NCBI GenBank assembly: GCA_965207445.1
Contig: CBDBLX010000002.1
Span: forward strand, 992,001-1,056,000
DNA from: Nitrosopumilus sp.
GTDB taxonomy: Archaea > Thermoproteota > Nitrososphaeria > Nitrososphaerales > Nitrosopumilaceae
Reading direction: 5' to 3'
Length of the DNA: 64,000 nucleotides
Part shown: positions 32,994 to 43,559 of the stretch, one piece after another
How the letters are laid out: the number at the start of each line of letters is the position of its first letter
Numbering within the stretch: the stretch's first letter is position 1
The notes under the pieces: generated by a model
The model's input: only the letters and a program-made list of their open reading frames with translations
Told to the model about the DNA's origin: nothing
Database searches by the model: none
Translations under genes and position numbers: made by a program

Positions 32994-33407
32994 CTAGGCC
33001 GGTGTAAATCCTTGGTAACCACTTGTCTGCTCTGCTTTGTCTGTAAAGTTTGGCTCAAACAATGATATGAGATAGTCATCTGGATCACGTATGACTGCAT
33101 TTTTACCTGCATCTTTCTCTATGATATCTCTGTGTATCGTGACGCCTTTTGTGCGTAGTTCTTCCACTGCAGACTTTAGATCACCTACTAAAAATCCAAT
33201 TGTGATTCCATTCTCAATTGAACTTCCTATGTGTGTTGCAGTCAGAGATGCAGGATGCAGACTCAACAATGCTCCAGAAACTCCGAGGTCTATCCATGCA
33301 CGTCTTTGATTCTTTATTGGCAGTCCTATGATCTCGTGATAGAATTCAAGTGATTTGTCGATGTCTTTTACTGCTAGTATGACGTTTCCAACTCGTTTAA
33401 TATTCAT
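32994..33407 (-). CDS. VOC/glyoxalase-family protein
   Basis: VILAVKDIDKSLEFY...IRDPDDYLISL; likely start MNIKRV at 33407. Confidence 0.88.
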   Translation of the reverse strand: MNIKRVGNVILAVKDIDKSLEFYHEIIGLPIKNQRRAWIDLGVSGALLSLHPASLTATHIGSSIENGITIGFLVGDLKSAVEELRTKGVTIHRDIIEKDAGKNAVIRDPDDYLISLFEPNFTDKAEQTSGYQGFTPA

Positions 33408-33723
33408 GTGTATACTGTGTGATAAGCTCTTTAAATCCATTTTGATTTGATGTTAATTATGTGGGGTCCCAAAACAAGTTCACCCCTATATCCAAATAAT
33501 TTGTGAGCATGAGGTGTGTTATTATCATCACCATATGTTGAGGTACCAACATTATTTTATTTTTGACTCTTTTGTGTTTTTTCTGATAATCTATTCTACT
33601 ATGAACTGATCCGGCTTATCCACAATTCTAAATTTCTGATTTCTGATATAACGCCACCGGGGGCTTTTGTGTCGATGCGTACGACGCGTATTGTATTTGT
33701 TTGTGATTCGCACATTTTCATTT

Positions 33724-33870
33724 GTGTGAATCAAACTCATTGGACACAATAATGAAATCACATACTTGTATTTGGTTACACTTGCTTGCATATCGAGTAT
33801 CGCGCATGTGATACATTTGGCTAGGAGTTATTTTTGAATAATCATATCAGTCATGGATGTTGATTTGCAC
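33724..33870. mobile_element. ~147-bp MITE with IS66-B-type ends (family M2), copy 1
   Basis: Ends GTGTGAATCAA ... TTGATTTGCAC; internal AATAATGAAATCACATA and ATCAGTCAT shared with copies at 36797 and 55975. Confidence 0.75.
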
Positions 33871-33919
33871 GCTTTTGAGACTAGTCAATGATACTATGAT
33901 GATTATGATACTATGATGA

Positions 33920-35035
33920 TTATGATGTTAGATTTGATACAATATCTGTGAACTTTTCAGAAGCGATCGGTTCTATATTCATAATCTTTACATTTTCACT
34001 TACATGCTCTGGGGTTTTTTGTCCAACTAGTGGTGCTAGTACTCCGGGTGCAGATCGTATGAACTGTAATGCACGTAGTGATGGAATCAAGTCTTCAAAT
34101 TCTGGCATGGTTCCCTGTTGTAGTAGCCTTCCTTGCATAAACGGCACGCTTGTAAATATGCCTATTCCAAGTGTGGATGCTGCTTGTAGTATGGACATTG
34201 ATTTGTCCTGTACTGTCTGATGTTTTGATAATAGAGCTTGGTCATAGTACATATTAAATGGTAACTGTACAAATTTAAACCCATTATTCTTACCTCCGAT
34301 CTCACGCGCCATATTCACTATTGTTTCAAGTGACAAATATTGAGGATTACCCTTGTCTACTCTAAAGCACTCCCATGTTGCCATTCCATAGTATCTGATC
34401 GTGCCCCTTGTACGCTTTTCTTCATACATTCTGATTACCTTTTCTAATTTCTCCATAAACTGTTCATGCGATACATCTTTCATCTGACCCTCTACTGCGT
34501 TGTGCAGATATACTAGATCAATACATTCAACGTTTAGATTTTTGAGACTGCGATCTATCTGATCTGAGAGATACTCTGGTGTCATACAGTGATACGATGA
34601 TGTAATGTCATCTGGTTTTATTATCTGGGTATCTGTATACTCTTGTTTTACATACTCCCAAAAACCCATATTCACATCTGCATCATTTGTGACATAACCT
34701 CCCTTTGTACATACAAAGAGTTGCTCGCGTATTGTGGGGTCATCTTGACTCAATTCGTTTATTGCTCTTCCAACTGAGCGTTCTGCCTTTTGAGATCTAT
34801 AATTTATCGCAGTATCTATAACATTAATTCCTGCATGAATGGATTTGACTACTGCATCTTTGACCATCTCATCTGTCTTATCATCTGCATCCCCTAGGTA
34901 CGTTCCAATACCCACGTTTGATAATGTTAGTTCTTCAAATGTCTTGTAATTGGTATTTAGCGCTGTTGATTGCTGTGCAAACTTTTTTGTACCCTCTGGT
35001 GTGGCATGTCCGGTTATCATACGAATACTCGTCAC
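33920..35035 (-). CDS. Aldo/keto reductase
   Basis: GIGTYLG, IDTAINY, VCTKGGY, DLVYLHN and VQLPFN. Confidence 0.92.
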   Translation of the reverse strand: MTSIRMITGHATPEGTKKFAQQSTALNTNYKTFEELTLSNVGIGTYLGDADDKTDEMVKDAVVKSIHAGINVIDTAINYRSQKAERSVGRAINELSQDDPTIREQLFVCTKGGYVTNDADVNMGFWEYVKQEYTDTQIIKPDDITSSYHCMTPEYLSDQIDRSLKNLNVECIDLVYLHNAVEGQMKDVSHEQFMEKLEKVIRMYEEKRTRGTIRYYGMATWECFRVDKGNPQYLSLETIVNMAREIGGKNNGFKFVQLPFNMYYDQALLSKHQTVQDKSMSILQAASTLGIGIFTSVPFMQGRLLQQGTMPEFEDLIPSLRALQFIRSAPGVLAPLVGQKTPEHVSENVKIMNIEPIASEKFTDIVSNLTS

Positions 35036-35205
35036 TTGATAAATTTATAATTTTATCATAATGCTTGTAACTCTCCACATTACACTTTATGCACAAACTT
35101 TACCATTTGTGATACAAAATGGTGATTGAACGGCTAATTAGGATATCTTCAACATGCGACTGCTTGTCGTTCATACAATATAAAGAGTAAAATGTACATA
35201 TTATG

Positions 35206-36114
35206 TTAATTTGGTATTATATCAAATGTTGCCACAAGCACTCCAACTATAAGCAGCACACCTGTTATGCGGCTAAATAATAACACTTTTGACAAGTGTG
35301 GTAATAGTATGTCAGTTGTGCTTGTGTGATGTTTAAACAACCCTCTACCTGCAAGTACAGCCAATGGAATTGTTGCAAGGGTTATCAGTATTGTAAGTGG
35401 TAGCGCACCCATCACGACACTTGTGATGATTGCTGCATATGTCACACCTGGAAACACCCAAAACATGCGCGCTGCGCGCCTTTTTCCAAGTACAATGACT
35501 AGTGTGCGACGTCCTTTTGACTTGTCTGCTGTATAGTCTGGAAATGATGCTACAAATAACACAAGTGATGATAGTGTGCCTATTGCAATGCTTGCAAGTG
35601 TGGCATCTATACTAAATTCTCCATATTGGATGTAAAATGACCCCAACACTATCATACTGCCCTTTACTGCCACAAAAAACTCACCTAGTCCAGAATTGAC
35701 TATCTTTGTAGAGTAAAAGTAAATTGACAATATTGCAAATCCAAGTATTGCTGCTATAATTACTCCATGTGTTACAACAAAGTACATTCCTATGGCGCCA
35801 CCAATCAAAAGTGATCCGAGCCCTGCTCTGTACACTGAAGACGGCTTTAGTAGTCCTTCTGGGAGAACCCCTGTCCCTCCACTTATCTTGGTTCTATCTG
35901 TGATCGTGTCTATTCCACGTTTATAGTCCCAATAGTCATTGAGCAGGTCCACACTTACATGTAGTGCTATTACTCCTGCAAGTGTTAATACTGCATCAAA
36001 AATATCTAGTGTGCCTGTGTGTCTTGATGATATTGCAAATGCTACTATAACTGCAATTACAGATGCGAGTAAAAAACGAACTCGTATTACACGCAACCAT
36101 ACTGATATGGACAT
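35206..36114 (-). CDS. menA: MenA/UBIAD1-type prenyltransferase
   Basis: Asp-rich motifs NDYWDYKRGID and PDYTADKSKGRRT; multiple TM helices. Confidence 0.8.
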   Translation of the reverse strand: MSISVWLRVIRVRFLLASVIAVIVAFAISSRHTGTLDIFDAVLTLAGVIALHVSVDLLNDYWDYKRGIDTITDRTKISGGTGVLPEGLLKPSSVYRAGLGSLLIGGAIGMYFVVTHGVIIAAILGFAILSIYFYSTKIVNSGLGEFFVAVKGSMIVLGSFYIQYGEFSIDATLASIAIGTLSSLVLFVASFPDYTADKSKGRRTLVIVLGKRRAARMFWVFPGVTYAAIITSVVMGALPLTILITLATIPLAVLAGRGLFKHHTSTTDILLPHLSKVLLFSRITGVLLIVGVLVATFDIIPN

Positions 36115-36275
36115 GATAATGATGATGTATAATACATAATAATATTTCTACCATTTGTGTCAAATGACAGCATCAATATCTGTATAATTTTTAGATCTAT
36201 CAATTACATTTGATATAATTATAAATGAAAAAGTAATTTTACACAAAGTACGTATTTTAATACCAATGAGTATAA

Positions 36276-36719
36276 TCATACCAGTGACTCGTCGTTTACC
36301 TCAATTGGCTTTCTACCCATAAAACCATTGTCCATATCATGCCAGAACTTTATCTCCGTTTCTCCAAACTTCCAGCACAACCATACGTCTTTATCAAACC
36401 GCTTTGAGGGAAAGTCAACTAGTCCCTCATCAAGTCCTTTAAGTGAGACGCCCATTGACTCTATTAATTCAATTGTATGATATAGTCTAGTGACAGCTGA
36501 GTTTAATTTTTGTTTCAACTCTATGTATGTTTTCAGTGGGTTGAGATGTCTATTGTCACTGTATGTTTCGCTTTGAGCAATACTTGCATCTGTCATTATT
36601 ACCTGAATTCTTTTCTCTATCATTGTAATTTCGTTGCGTATCTCAAGTGCTTTTTTAAATTTTTCATTGATCTCTGGCAGTGTTGCATTTGCCTCTGAAA
36701 TGGTAAAATATTTGAACAT
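36276..36719 (-). CDS. DUF2203-family protein
   Basis: YFTISEANATLP ... GLVDFP ... WLCWKFGE ... WH ... GFMGRKP. Confidence 0.9.
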   Translation of the reverse strand: MFKYFTISEANATLPEINEKFKKALEIRNEITMIEKRIQVIMTDASIAQSETYSDNRHLNPLKTYIELKQKLNSAVTRLYHTIELIESMGVSLKGLDEGLVDFPSKRFDKDVWLCWKFGETEIKFWHDMDNGFMGRKPIEVNDESLV

Positions 36720-36796
36720 GTTTAATGTTGAATTTGCGGTGTTAAAAATCTTGTATCGTATGTGTATTAGTTTTAAACTACTGTAGGTTGTATTAC

Positions 36797-36942
36797 ATGT
36801 GAACCAAGATCTTTGGATGCAATAATGAAATCACATACATGTATTGGTCACATTTCTGTTTGTATATTGAGTATCGTACATGTGGTGCATCTGCATGAGT
36901 AATTTTTGAATGATTACATCAGTCATAAAGATTGATTCACAC
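36797..36942. mobile_element. MITE family M2, copy 2
   Basis: Ends ATGTGAACCAAG ... TTGATTCACAC; homologous to the 33724 and 55975 copies. Confidence 0.75.
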
Positions 36943-37228
36943 TATATTAAATCATATTTTTTGATTTGTTTAATATATGGTGAATTATTCTTTACAAATG
37001 ATATTTTACAACACTGGAATTGAAAAATCAAATTGTTGAAAACTACATGTGTCGTTCTAATTATAATCTGTCTATTTAATATTACATGTATAAATATGAT
37101 GTAATTTCTTATCTCTATATTTTCAATTACTGCCCATCATCATCATCACCATATAATATTACTTGAACAACATGTGGTTTTTATAAAAATAAAGTGATAT
37201 TAATATGGCACATATTTTTATCATTATT

Positions 37229-37504
37229 ATGCAAAAAATAAAGTGCTCACACATACTAGTTGAAAAACAGACTCAGGCACTCTCTGTTCTTGAGCGACTC
37301 GAATCTGGTGAAAAATTTGGCAAGATTGCAAAAGAGGTCTCAATTGATACTCCAAGTGCAAAACGAGATGGGAATCTAGGATATTTTACACGTGGCAAGA
37401 TGGTAAAAAAGTTCGAAGATGTAGCATTTGCTTTACAAGTAGGACAAATATCAGAACCAGTAAAGACTGAATATGGGTATCATATTATAAAACGAACATC
37501 ATAA
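37229..37504 (+). CDS. Parvulin-type peptidyl-prolyl cis-trans isomerase
   Basis: IKCSHILV, DGNLGYF..GKMVKKFE and PVKTEYGYHIIK; single domain. Confidence 0.95.
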   Translation: MQKIKCSHILVEKQTQALSVLERLESGEKFGKIAKEVSIDTPSAKRDGNLGYFTRGKMVKKFEDVAFALQVGQISEPVKTEYGYHIIKRTS

Positions 37505-37550
37505 ATGGACATTACGCATTGATTACACATTTGATCAAATTTCAATGCAA

Positions 37551-37664
37551 CAGTGTTTCAAATAAAGAATCAAAAATTCCATAGTAGACAAACATTGATG
37601 GATCAAGAACAACAAATGTATACATGAAAGATCAAAATATTTAGAATTACTGTTCTAATCACTA
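37551..37664. repeat. Dispersed repeat family M3, copy 2
   Basis: Homologous to 5572-5679. Confidence 0.65.
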
Positions 37665-37702
37665 AACACATGCACCATACAGTCACATTCTTTGATCACA
37701 TA

Positions 37703-39295
37703 TTACATAAACGAGTCAAGTTTTGCACTTTTTTGTTGTTCACTAGCATCTTCACTACTTGCTACATCATCATAACTGTCATTGCTGATACCCTCATTAT
37801 CGGTGTCATCTCCTCGATTTATCTCCAAAAGATCTGACATTGTACCACCCATCGACTTTGCAGTCTTTATCTTTCTCTTTCCTATCCAATAATATGCCTC
37901 ATCTATGGTCCCTTTTGCAATCAATACTATCAACCTGCCGTCTGCTTTGCGTCCTGTTCTTCCTCGACGCTGAACATATCTAATGGAACTTGGAACGTTG
38001 TCATAAAATATTACATGATTTACCTCTGCAATGTCTAATCCTTCTTCTCCTACTCTAGTTGCTACCATTATGCGAAACTCGTCGTCTCTAAAACGTCTTA
38101 CAGTATCGACTTGCTCTTTTTGTTTTAGACCTGTCTTACCTGCCTTACCTATCAATTTACCTGATTTGATTCCTATATTGTCTAGTGTCTCACATATCAT
38201 ATCAACAGAGTCCCTATAACTAGTAAATATCAAGACCTTGCCACTTATTCCTTTGATCAGCTCTACGAGCTTTGAAATTTTAGGATGTTCTTTACCATTT
38301 TGTTGCATATGTTGTGCAAGTGAGACTGCTTGTGTAAAGTTCGGGTCGACTTCAAATAACTCCCTTATACCTACACCTTTTTTGGCACGTGCGCGTTGGC
38401 AGAACTTTAAAAATGGTGCAACACCGTGCGCCTCTAGTATACTTTGTGCATAATGTATCCTGATTGCTGTAAATAGTGGTGTTGCCGCAGCTCGCTTGTG
38501 ATCTAGTACGTAATCTCGTAACCGCAACAAGCTTGAAAGAGATGGATTATCATCCACACTTATTTTGTAACTGCGCATTATATCACATCTAAGTTTCAAA
38601 GCATTATGCAAAAGATTTTGTATTTTTTTGAGTTCTGGTGTTAAATCTACTCTGAACCACTCTGTCTCTGTTTTCTGTATATATGGTATGACATCAGGAC
38701 TTGACTCGCTGCGCTCTGCAACACTTGCAATGTATAGCCTTGATATTATCTCAGTTGCCTTTTCAATGTCACTTGGAAGCGTTGCTGTCATTCCTAGTAT
38801 GCGCGGTGACGTCGCCTCTAGCGCACTTGCTATTGCAGAGTATGCGTAATCACCTGTTGTACGATGTGCCTCATCAAATATCACCAATCCAAACATATCT
38901 GGAGTTATTATTTCACGACTCAAATCATTTTTAGTAATCTCTGGTGTTGCACATATTACACTTGCATTCCATAATCTTTTACGTGCAGATATGGAATCCC
39001 CACCAGTCACTAGTGATATGTCATCTATTGTAAGTGCATTTTGTAAAAATGTGTAATGCTGATTTACAAGTACACGTGTGGGTGCTAAAAATAACACTGC
39101 ACCAAATGACACATCCTCTGTTATGTTTGTCATATGTGATGCAATCACTTGTAGCGCAATTGCAGTTTTACCTAGACCTGTTGGAAGTACTATTATGCAG
39201 TTCTCTTTTGATGCTTGTGCTGCCATATCTGTCTGATATTTTCTATACTCTATGGTATTTTTGGCCACATACTTCATCTCGACGTATGATACCAT
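37703..39295 (-). CDS. Hef/FANCM-like DEAH helicase without a nuclease domain
   Basis: IEYRKYQ, LPTGLGKT, DEAH, MTAT, EEGLDI and QRRGRTGR; ends in an acidic tail. Confidence 0.9.
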   Translation of the reverse strand: MVSYVEMKYVAKNTIEYRKYQTDMAAQASKENCIIVLPTGLGKTAIALQVIASHMTNITEDVSFGAVLFLAPTRVLVNQHYTFLQNALTIDDISLVTGGDSISARKRLWNASVICATPEITKNDLSREIITPDMFGLVIFDEAHRTTGDYAYSAIASALEATSPRILGMTATLPSDIEKATEIISRLYIASVAERSESSPDVIPYIQKTETEWFRVDLTPELKKIQNLLHNALKLRCDIMRSYKISVDDNPSLSSLLRLRDYVLDHKRAAATPLFTAIRIHYAQSILEAHGVAPFLKFCQRARAKKGVGIRELFEVDPNFTQAVSLAQHMQQNGKEHPKISKLVELIKGISGKVLIFTSYRDSVDMICETLDNIGIKSGKLIGKAGKTGLKQKEQVDTVRRFRDDEFRIMVATRVGEEGLDIAEVNHVIFYDNVPSSIRYVQRRGRTGRKADGRLIVLIAKGTIDEAYYWIGKRKIKTAKSMGGTMSDLLEINRGDDTDNEGISNDSYDDVASSEDASEQQKSAKLDSFM

Positions 39296-39342
39296 GACAG
39301 GAAATTTTTGATGGTAGTTTTATCTTTTATGATTATGTTTTG

Positions 39343-39422
39343 GCAACTGTTTGTTCATCTCCCAAATTTAGGCACAGATTTATCGCCTCACGTATGGCAC
39401 AAACGGGAGGTTGAGCGGTTAC
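39343..39422. mobile_element. MITE family M1, copy 2 (inverted relative to 5398-5478)
   Basis: Shares CCCAAATTTAGGCACAGATT with the reverse complement of copy 1; ends GGTTGAGCGGTTAC. Confidence 0.75.
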
Positions 39423-39589
39423 AGTGATTGTTCATGACGTTGAGTGTCAAATATGATGTATAATTTGTACAAAATTCAAATTATCAATTTAATGATCGAA
39501 AAATAAAATAATCTAATGTATGGTGAGCTTTATGACAAATCTGCTTTTTGTTGCGTTATACATAAAACCCCACTTATCATACACTATTC

Positions 39590-40108
39590 ATGTCTAAGCA
39601 TTTTGAAAGACCTAGTTGGGATGAATATTTTATGCTACAAGCAGAGCTTGCAAAACTACGCTCAAATTGCATCACACGTAAAGTGGGGGCTGTAATTGTA
39701 AGGAATCACCGTCAGATTGCAACAGGCTATAACGGAACACCGCCTGGAATTAAAAATTGCTACGAAGGTGGTTGTGAGAGATGTATGCGACGCATGAAAA
39801 ATGAGATACCCTCGGGTGCTTGTCTGGACAAATGTATGTGCAATCATGCAGAGGCAAATGCAATAATGCATTGTGCCCTACTGGGTATAGAGACATTATC
39901 TGCAAAAGATACTACATTATACACAACTTATGTGCCGTGTTTAGAGTGCACTAAAATGGCAATTACAGTAGGAATTAGGAGATTTGTGTGTCTTGCTGAT
40001 TATACTCAGGATGCCAGTCACCTGACACGTGAGGCATCTGTTGTAGTAGAAAAGATGGATCGCTCTTTACTTTTAAAATGGATAAAAGAACTTGCCTCAC
40101 CCATATAG
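39590..40108 (+). CDS. dCMP deaminase
   Basis: RPSWDEYFM, TGYNG, HAEANA and PCLEC. Confidence 0.93.
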   Translation: MSKHFERPSWDEYFMLQAELAKLRSNCITRKVGAVIVRNHRQIATGYNGTPPGIKNCYEGGCERCMRRMKNEIPSGACLDKCMCNHAEANAIMHCALLGIETLSAKDTTLYTTYVPCLECTKMAITVGIRRFVCLADYTQDASHLTREASVVVEKMDRSLLLKWIKELASPI

Positions 40109-40145
40109 TTTCTAAGCTTATAACTGTCTCATCACAACGATATAT

Positions 40146-42719
40146 GTGAGAGTAGACCTAGGTGAGTCAAAGAACCCTGATAATATGCCCGTATCTATGC
40201 TGGTATCTGCTGTATATGATGGTGCGGCAAAAAAGGCACTGTTAAAGTTTTATGATCCTGACTCTAAGCTATTATATCTGTGGTGGGATGAAACTGCGCA
40301 CAAGCCATATTGTTATTCTAAACTGACACCTAATGAACTCGGATTTATAGAGTCACGAAAAGATGTATTTGAAGTCAAACAGGTAAAAAAACATAGTCTT
40401 ATTGATGATGCATCATGTACACTAACAAAAATTACCACATTTGATCCACTCTCAATTGGTGGTAAATCATACGGAGACAACTCTGAGCGTAGTATACGTG
40501 ATATAATTGACACGTGGGAGTCTGATATTAAATATTATGAGACATATGTCTATGACCGACAGATGATTGTCGGCAGGTATTACAAGGTCGAATCTGGCAT
40601 CCTGTCACCTGTTAACGTTGAGATATCCGATGAAGTCAACTTGGCACTAAAGAGTCTGCTATGGGATCATGTGGACAGTGAGAGTATGGTGGATGCTGAT
40701 GAGTTTCGTAAATGCATCTCTGACTGGGCCGAACTGCTCAATCAACCAATCCCTCAGATAAAACGACTCAGTGTAGATATAGAGGTAGAGTCGCCTAGTG
40801 GAAGACTACCTGATGCAAAAGTTGCAGACAACATCATAACTGCAGTGGGATTTGCAGGATCTAATGGTTTTGGAACCGTTCTAGTTCTAAAGACCAAAGA
40901 TACACCGCAAGGAGTAAACGAACTTGATCCTACAACAATTAATGTAAAATTTTACGAGCCTGATTGTGAGGTACAGATGATAAAAGATGCATTTGAAATT
41001 ATAAGTTCATACCCATTTGTACTCACATACAATGGAGATGACTTTGATCTGCCATATCTGTATAATAGAGCCGAGCGTCTTGGTATCAAAAAAGATGATA
41101 ATCCATTATACATGATGAAAGATGCTGCATCTCTTAAACAAGGTGTGCATATAGATCTCTACAAAACAATGTCAAATAGATCATTTCAGATATATGCATT
41201 TGGTTTCAAATACACTGACTTTTCACTAAATAGTGTCTCAAAGGCATTGTTGGGAAAAGAGAAGATTGATTATGGGTTAAAGTTTGATGAAATGACATTA
41301 TACCAGACTGCCAATTATTGCTATCATGATGCATTACTCACATATGAGTTGACTAGTTTTAATGGTGATATATTGATGAATCTGCTTGTCATCATATCCC
41401 GGATAGGCCGCATGCCAATTGATGATATTGCAAGGCTTGGTGTATCACAATGGATCAGGAGTTTGTTATACTATGAACACCGTATACGTGACTGTATTAT
41501 ACCGCGTAAAGACGAGCTTGCAAAACGTACTGAAGATGTCACGTCTGATGCTGTAATCAAAGACAAAAAGTATAGGGGTGGGTTGGTAGTTGAGCCTCAA
41601 AGTGGTGTTCACTTTAATGTAGTTGTGATGGACTTTGCAAGTCTATACCCGAGTATCATAAAGGTACGTAACTTGTCATATGAGACTGTTAGGTGCACTC
41701 ATGAAGAATGTAAAAAAAATGTCATTCCACAAACAAAACATTGGTCCTGCTCAAAACAAAATGGTATTACATCTATGATAATTGGCTCGTTGCGTGACTT
41801 GCGTGTCAATTATTACAAAAGCCTCTCAAAAAAAGAGACTCTGAGTGATGATCAACGTCAACAATACACTGCAGTCAGTCAAGCACTCAAAGTCATACTG
41901 AATGCAAGCTATGGTGTGATGGGAGCTGAAATATTCCCGTTGTACTTTTTACCTGCTGCTGAGGCCACCACTGCAATTGGCAGACATACTATACTAGAGA
42001 CCATAAAAAAGTGCAAAGAACGTAGCATTGATGTGTTGTATGGGGATACTGATTCACTGTTTATCAAAAATCCTACCAAAGATCAAATTACATATATCAT
42101 TAATCAGGCAAAAGCCGATCATGGCGTTGACTTGGAGATTGACAAAGAGTATCGATATTGTGTTTTGAGTAATAGAAAGAAGAACTATTTGGGGGTCTCA
42201 AAATCAGGCAAGGTGGATGTAAAGGGGCTTACTGGTAAAAAGTCACACACACCGCCATTTATCAAGAAACTATTTGCAGATGTGATTGGTGTTTTATCTA
42301 CTGTTAAAAACCCTGAAGAGTTTGAGCATGCAAAAAATGAAATCTCTATAATGATTAGAAAATATGGTGAGCAGGTTCAAAATTTAGAGATACCACTTGA
42401 GGATATGGCATTTAGTATGATGCTCAGCAAGTCTCCTGCAGAGTACATTAAAACGCAGCCTCAGCACATACGTGCTGCAAGACAACTTGAAGGCATAAAG
42501 GAGTTGAAACGTGGGGACAGGGTCTATTTTTTAAAAACTATTGGAAAACCTGGTGTGAGGCCACTTGAGATAGCACGAAAAAGTGAGATTGATATTACCA
42601 AATATATGGAATTTTTAGAGTCGACACTTGAGCAAGTCACTTCTACTATGGATTTGGACTTTGATGCTATATTAAAAAAACCAAAACAAGTTGGATTGGA
42701 TCAGTTCTTTTGGGGCTGA
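40146..42719 (+). CDS. polB: Family B DNA polymerase (PolB1)
   Basis: Exonuclease motifs DIE, YNGDDFD and YCYHD; polymerase motifs DFASLYPS, KVILNASYG, YGDTDS and KKNY. No intein. Confidence 0.97.
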   Translation: MRVDLGESKNPDNMPVSMLVSAVYDGAAKKALLKFYDPDSKLLYLWWDETAHKPYCYSKLTPNELGFIESRKDVFEVKQVKKHSLIDDASCTLTKITTFDPLSIGGKSYGDNSERSIRDIIDTWESDIKYYETYVYDRQMIVGRYYKVESGILSPVNVEISDEVNLALKSLLWDHVDSESMVDADEFRKCISDWAELLNQPIPQIKRLSVDIEVESPSGRLPDAKVADNIITAVGFAGSNGFGTVLVLKTKDTPQGVNELDPTTINVKFYEPDCEVQMIKDAFEIISSYPFVLTYNGDDFDLPYLYNRAERLGIKKDDNPLYMMKDAASLKQGVHIDLYKTMSNRSFQIYAFGFKYTDFSLNSVSKALLGKEKIDYGLKFDEMTLYQTANYCYHDALLTYELTSFNGDILMNLLVIISRIGRMPIDDIARLGVSQWIRSLLYYEHRIRDCIIPRKDELAKRTEDVTSDAVIKDKKYRGGLVVEPQSGVHFNVVVMDFASLYPSIIKVRNLSYETVRCTHEECKKNVIPQTKHWSCSKQNGITSMIIGSLRDLRVNYYKSLSKKETLSDDQRQQYTAVSQALKVILNASYGVMGAEIFPLYFLPAAEATTAIGRHTILETIKKCKERSIDVLYGDTDSLFIKNPTKDQITYIINQAKADHGVDLEIDKEYRYCVLSNRKKNYLGVSKSGKVDVKGLTGKKSHTPPFIKKLFADVIGVLSTVKNPEEFEHAKNEISIMIRKYGEQVQNLEIPLEDMAFSMMLSKSPAEYIKTQPQHIRAARQLEGIKELKRGDRVYFLKTIGKPGVRPLEIARKSEIDITKYMEFLESTLEQVTSTMDLDFDAILKKPKQVGLDQFFWG

Positions 42720-42723
42720 GTAT

Positions 42724-43023
42724 ATGGTTGAGCACCATTTTTTTGTTGACAGCTTTATACTGCATATAATTGGAATTTTGGCAGGTATTTTTATCCTTGC
42801 TGGGTGGGCCGAGCAGATATACAAAGGGTACAAGACAAAGCATCTGCAAGATGTCTCAACATATTTGATTATATTTATAGGAGCTGGTGCTGCTTTGTGG
42901 ACCATATATGGTGTATTTTTAAATGATGTATTTATTATTGGAACTAATGTGGCAGCTATTGTATTGATGGGTATAGTTTTAGCTATGCAAAAGAAATATG
43001 CAAACCAATCTAATAATATGTGA
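42724..43023 (+). CDS. SemiSWEET/PQ-loop-family small transporter
   Basis: Three TM helices with WAEQIYKGYKTK...DVS and LWTIYG. Confidence 0.8.
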   Translation: MVEHHFFVDSFILHIIGILAGIFILAGWAEQIYKGYKTKHLQDVSTYLIIFIGAGAALWTIYGVFLNDVFIIGTNVAAIVLMGIVLAMQKKYANQSNNM

Positions 43024-43083
43024 TGTTTGGTTTTATAATTGTGTGTGTTGTATATGATGTGTATTGTTAATATATATATATTT

Positions 43084-43170
43084 TAATATATATGTTATTA
43101 ATATATATGTTATTAATATGTATGTTATTAATGTGTATGTTATTAATGTGTATTTTAATATGTATGTTAT
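43084..43170. repeat. AT-rich 15-bp minisatellite (TAATRTRTATGTTAT)
   Basis: Four contiguous units at 43084-43143 plus degenerate units. Confidence 0.8.
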
Positions 43171-43559
43171 TATTTTTTAATATATTTTTTAAATACTCTC
43201 ATAGTTAAAATTATATGAAAAACACACTGGATAAAATCGATAATGTGCGATATAATTCAACAAAAATACAAAACAGATTATGTATGAAAATGAATATTTA
43301 AATATGTGATACATCTTGTAATCAGAAATGAACGCGTCCTGTAGATTTTATACTCTTGTGATATGTACATCCAATTGTATTGTTTGGAACACTCATTATG
43401 TTTACATACTGATCTATGACTTGTTTAAGTTGAACTATATTCACAGTAAATCATTTCTGGTTCGTTTGAGTGCCAATTTTCATAAAAACTCATATAAATT
43501 AATTACAAGTGTATCATATATCATACATATTAAATAACAGTTGATTTGAATTAAAAAAG

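Noticed and set aside
33463..33720. Possible IS end or transposase tail starting GGGGTCCCAAAAC
   Set aside because: No partner end or diagnostic motif found.
40146..42719. Intein in PolB, or a casposon/viral polymerase
   Set aside because: Normal length, contiguous motifs and a core gene neighbourhood.
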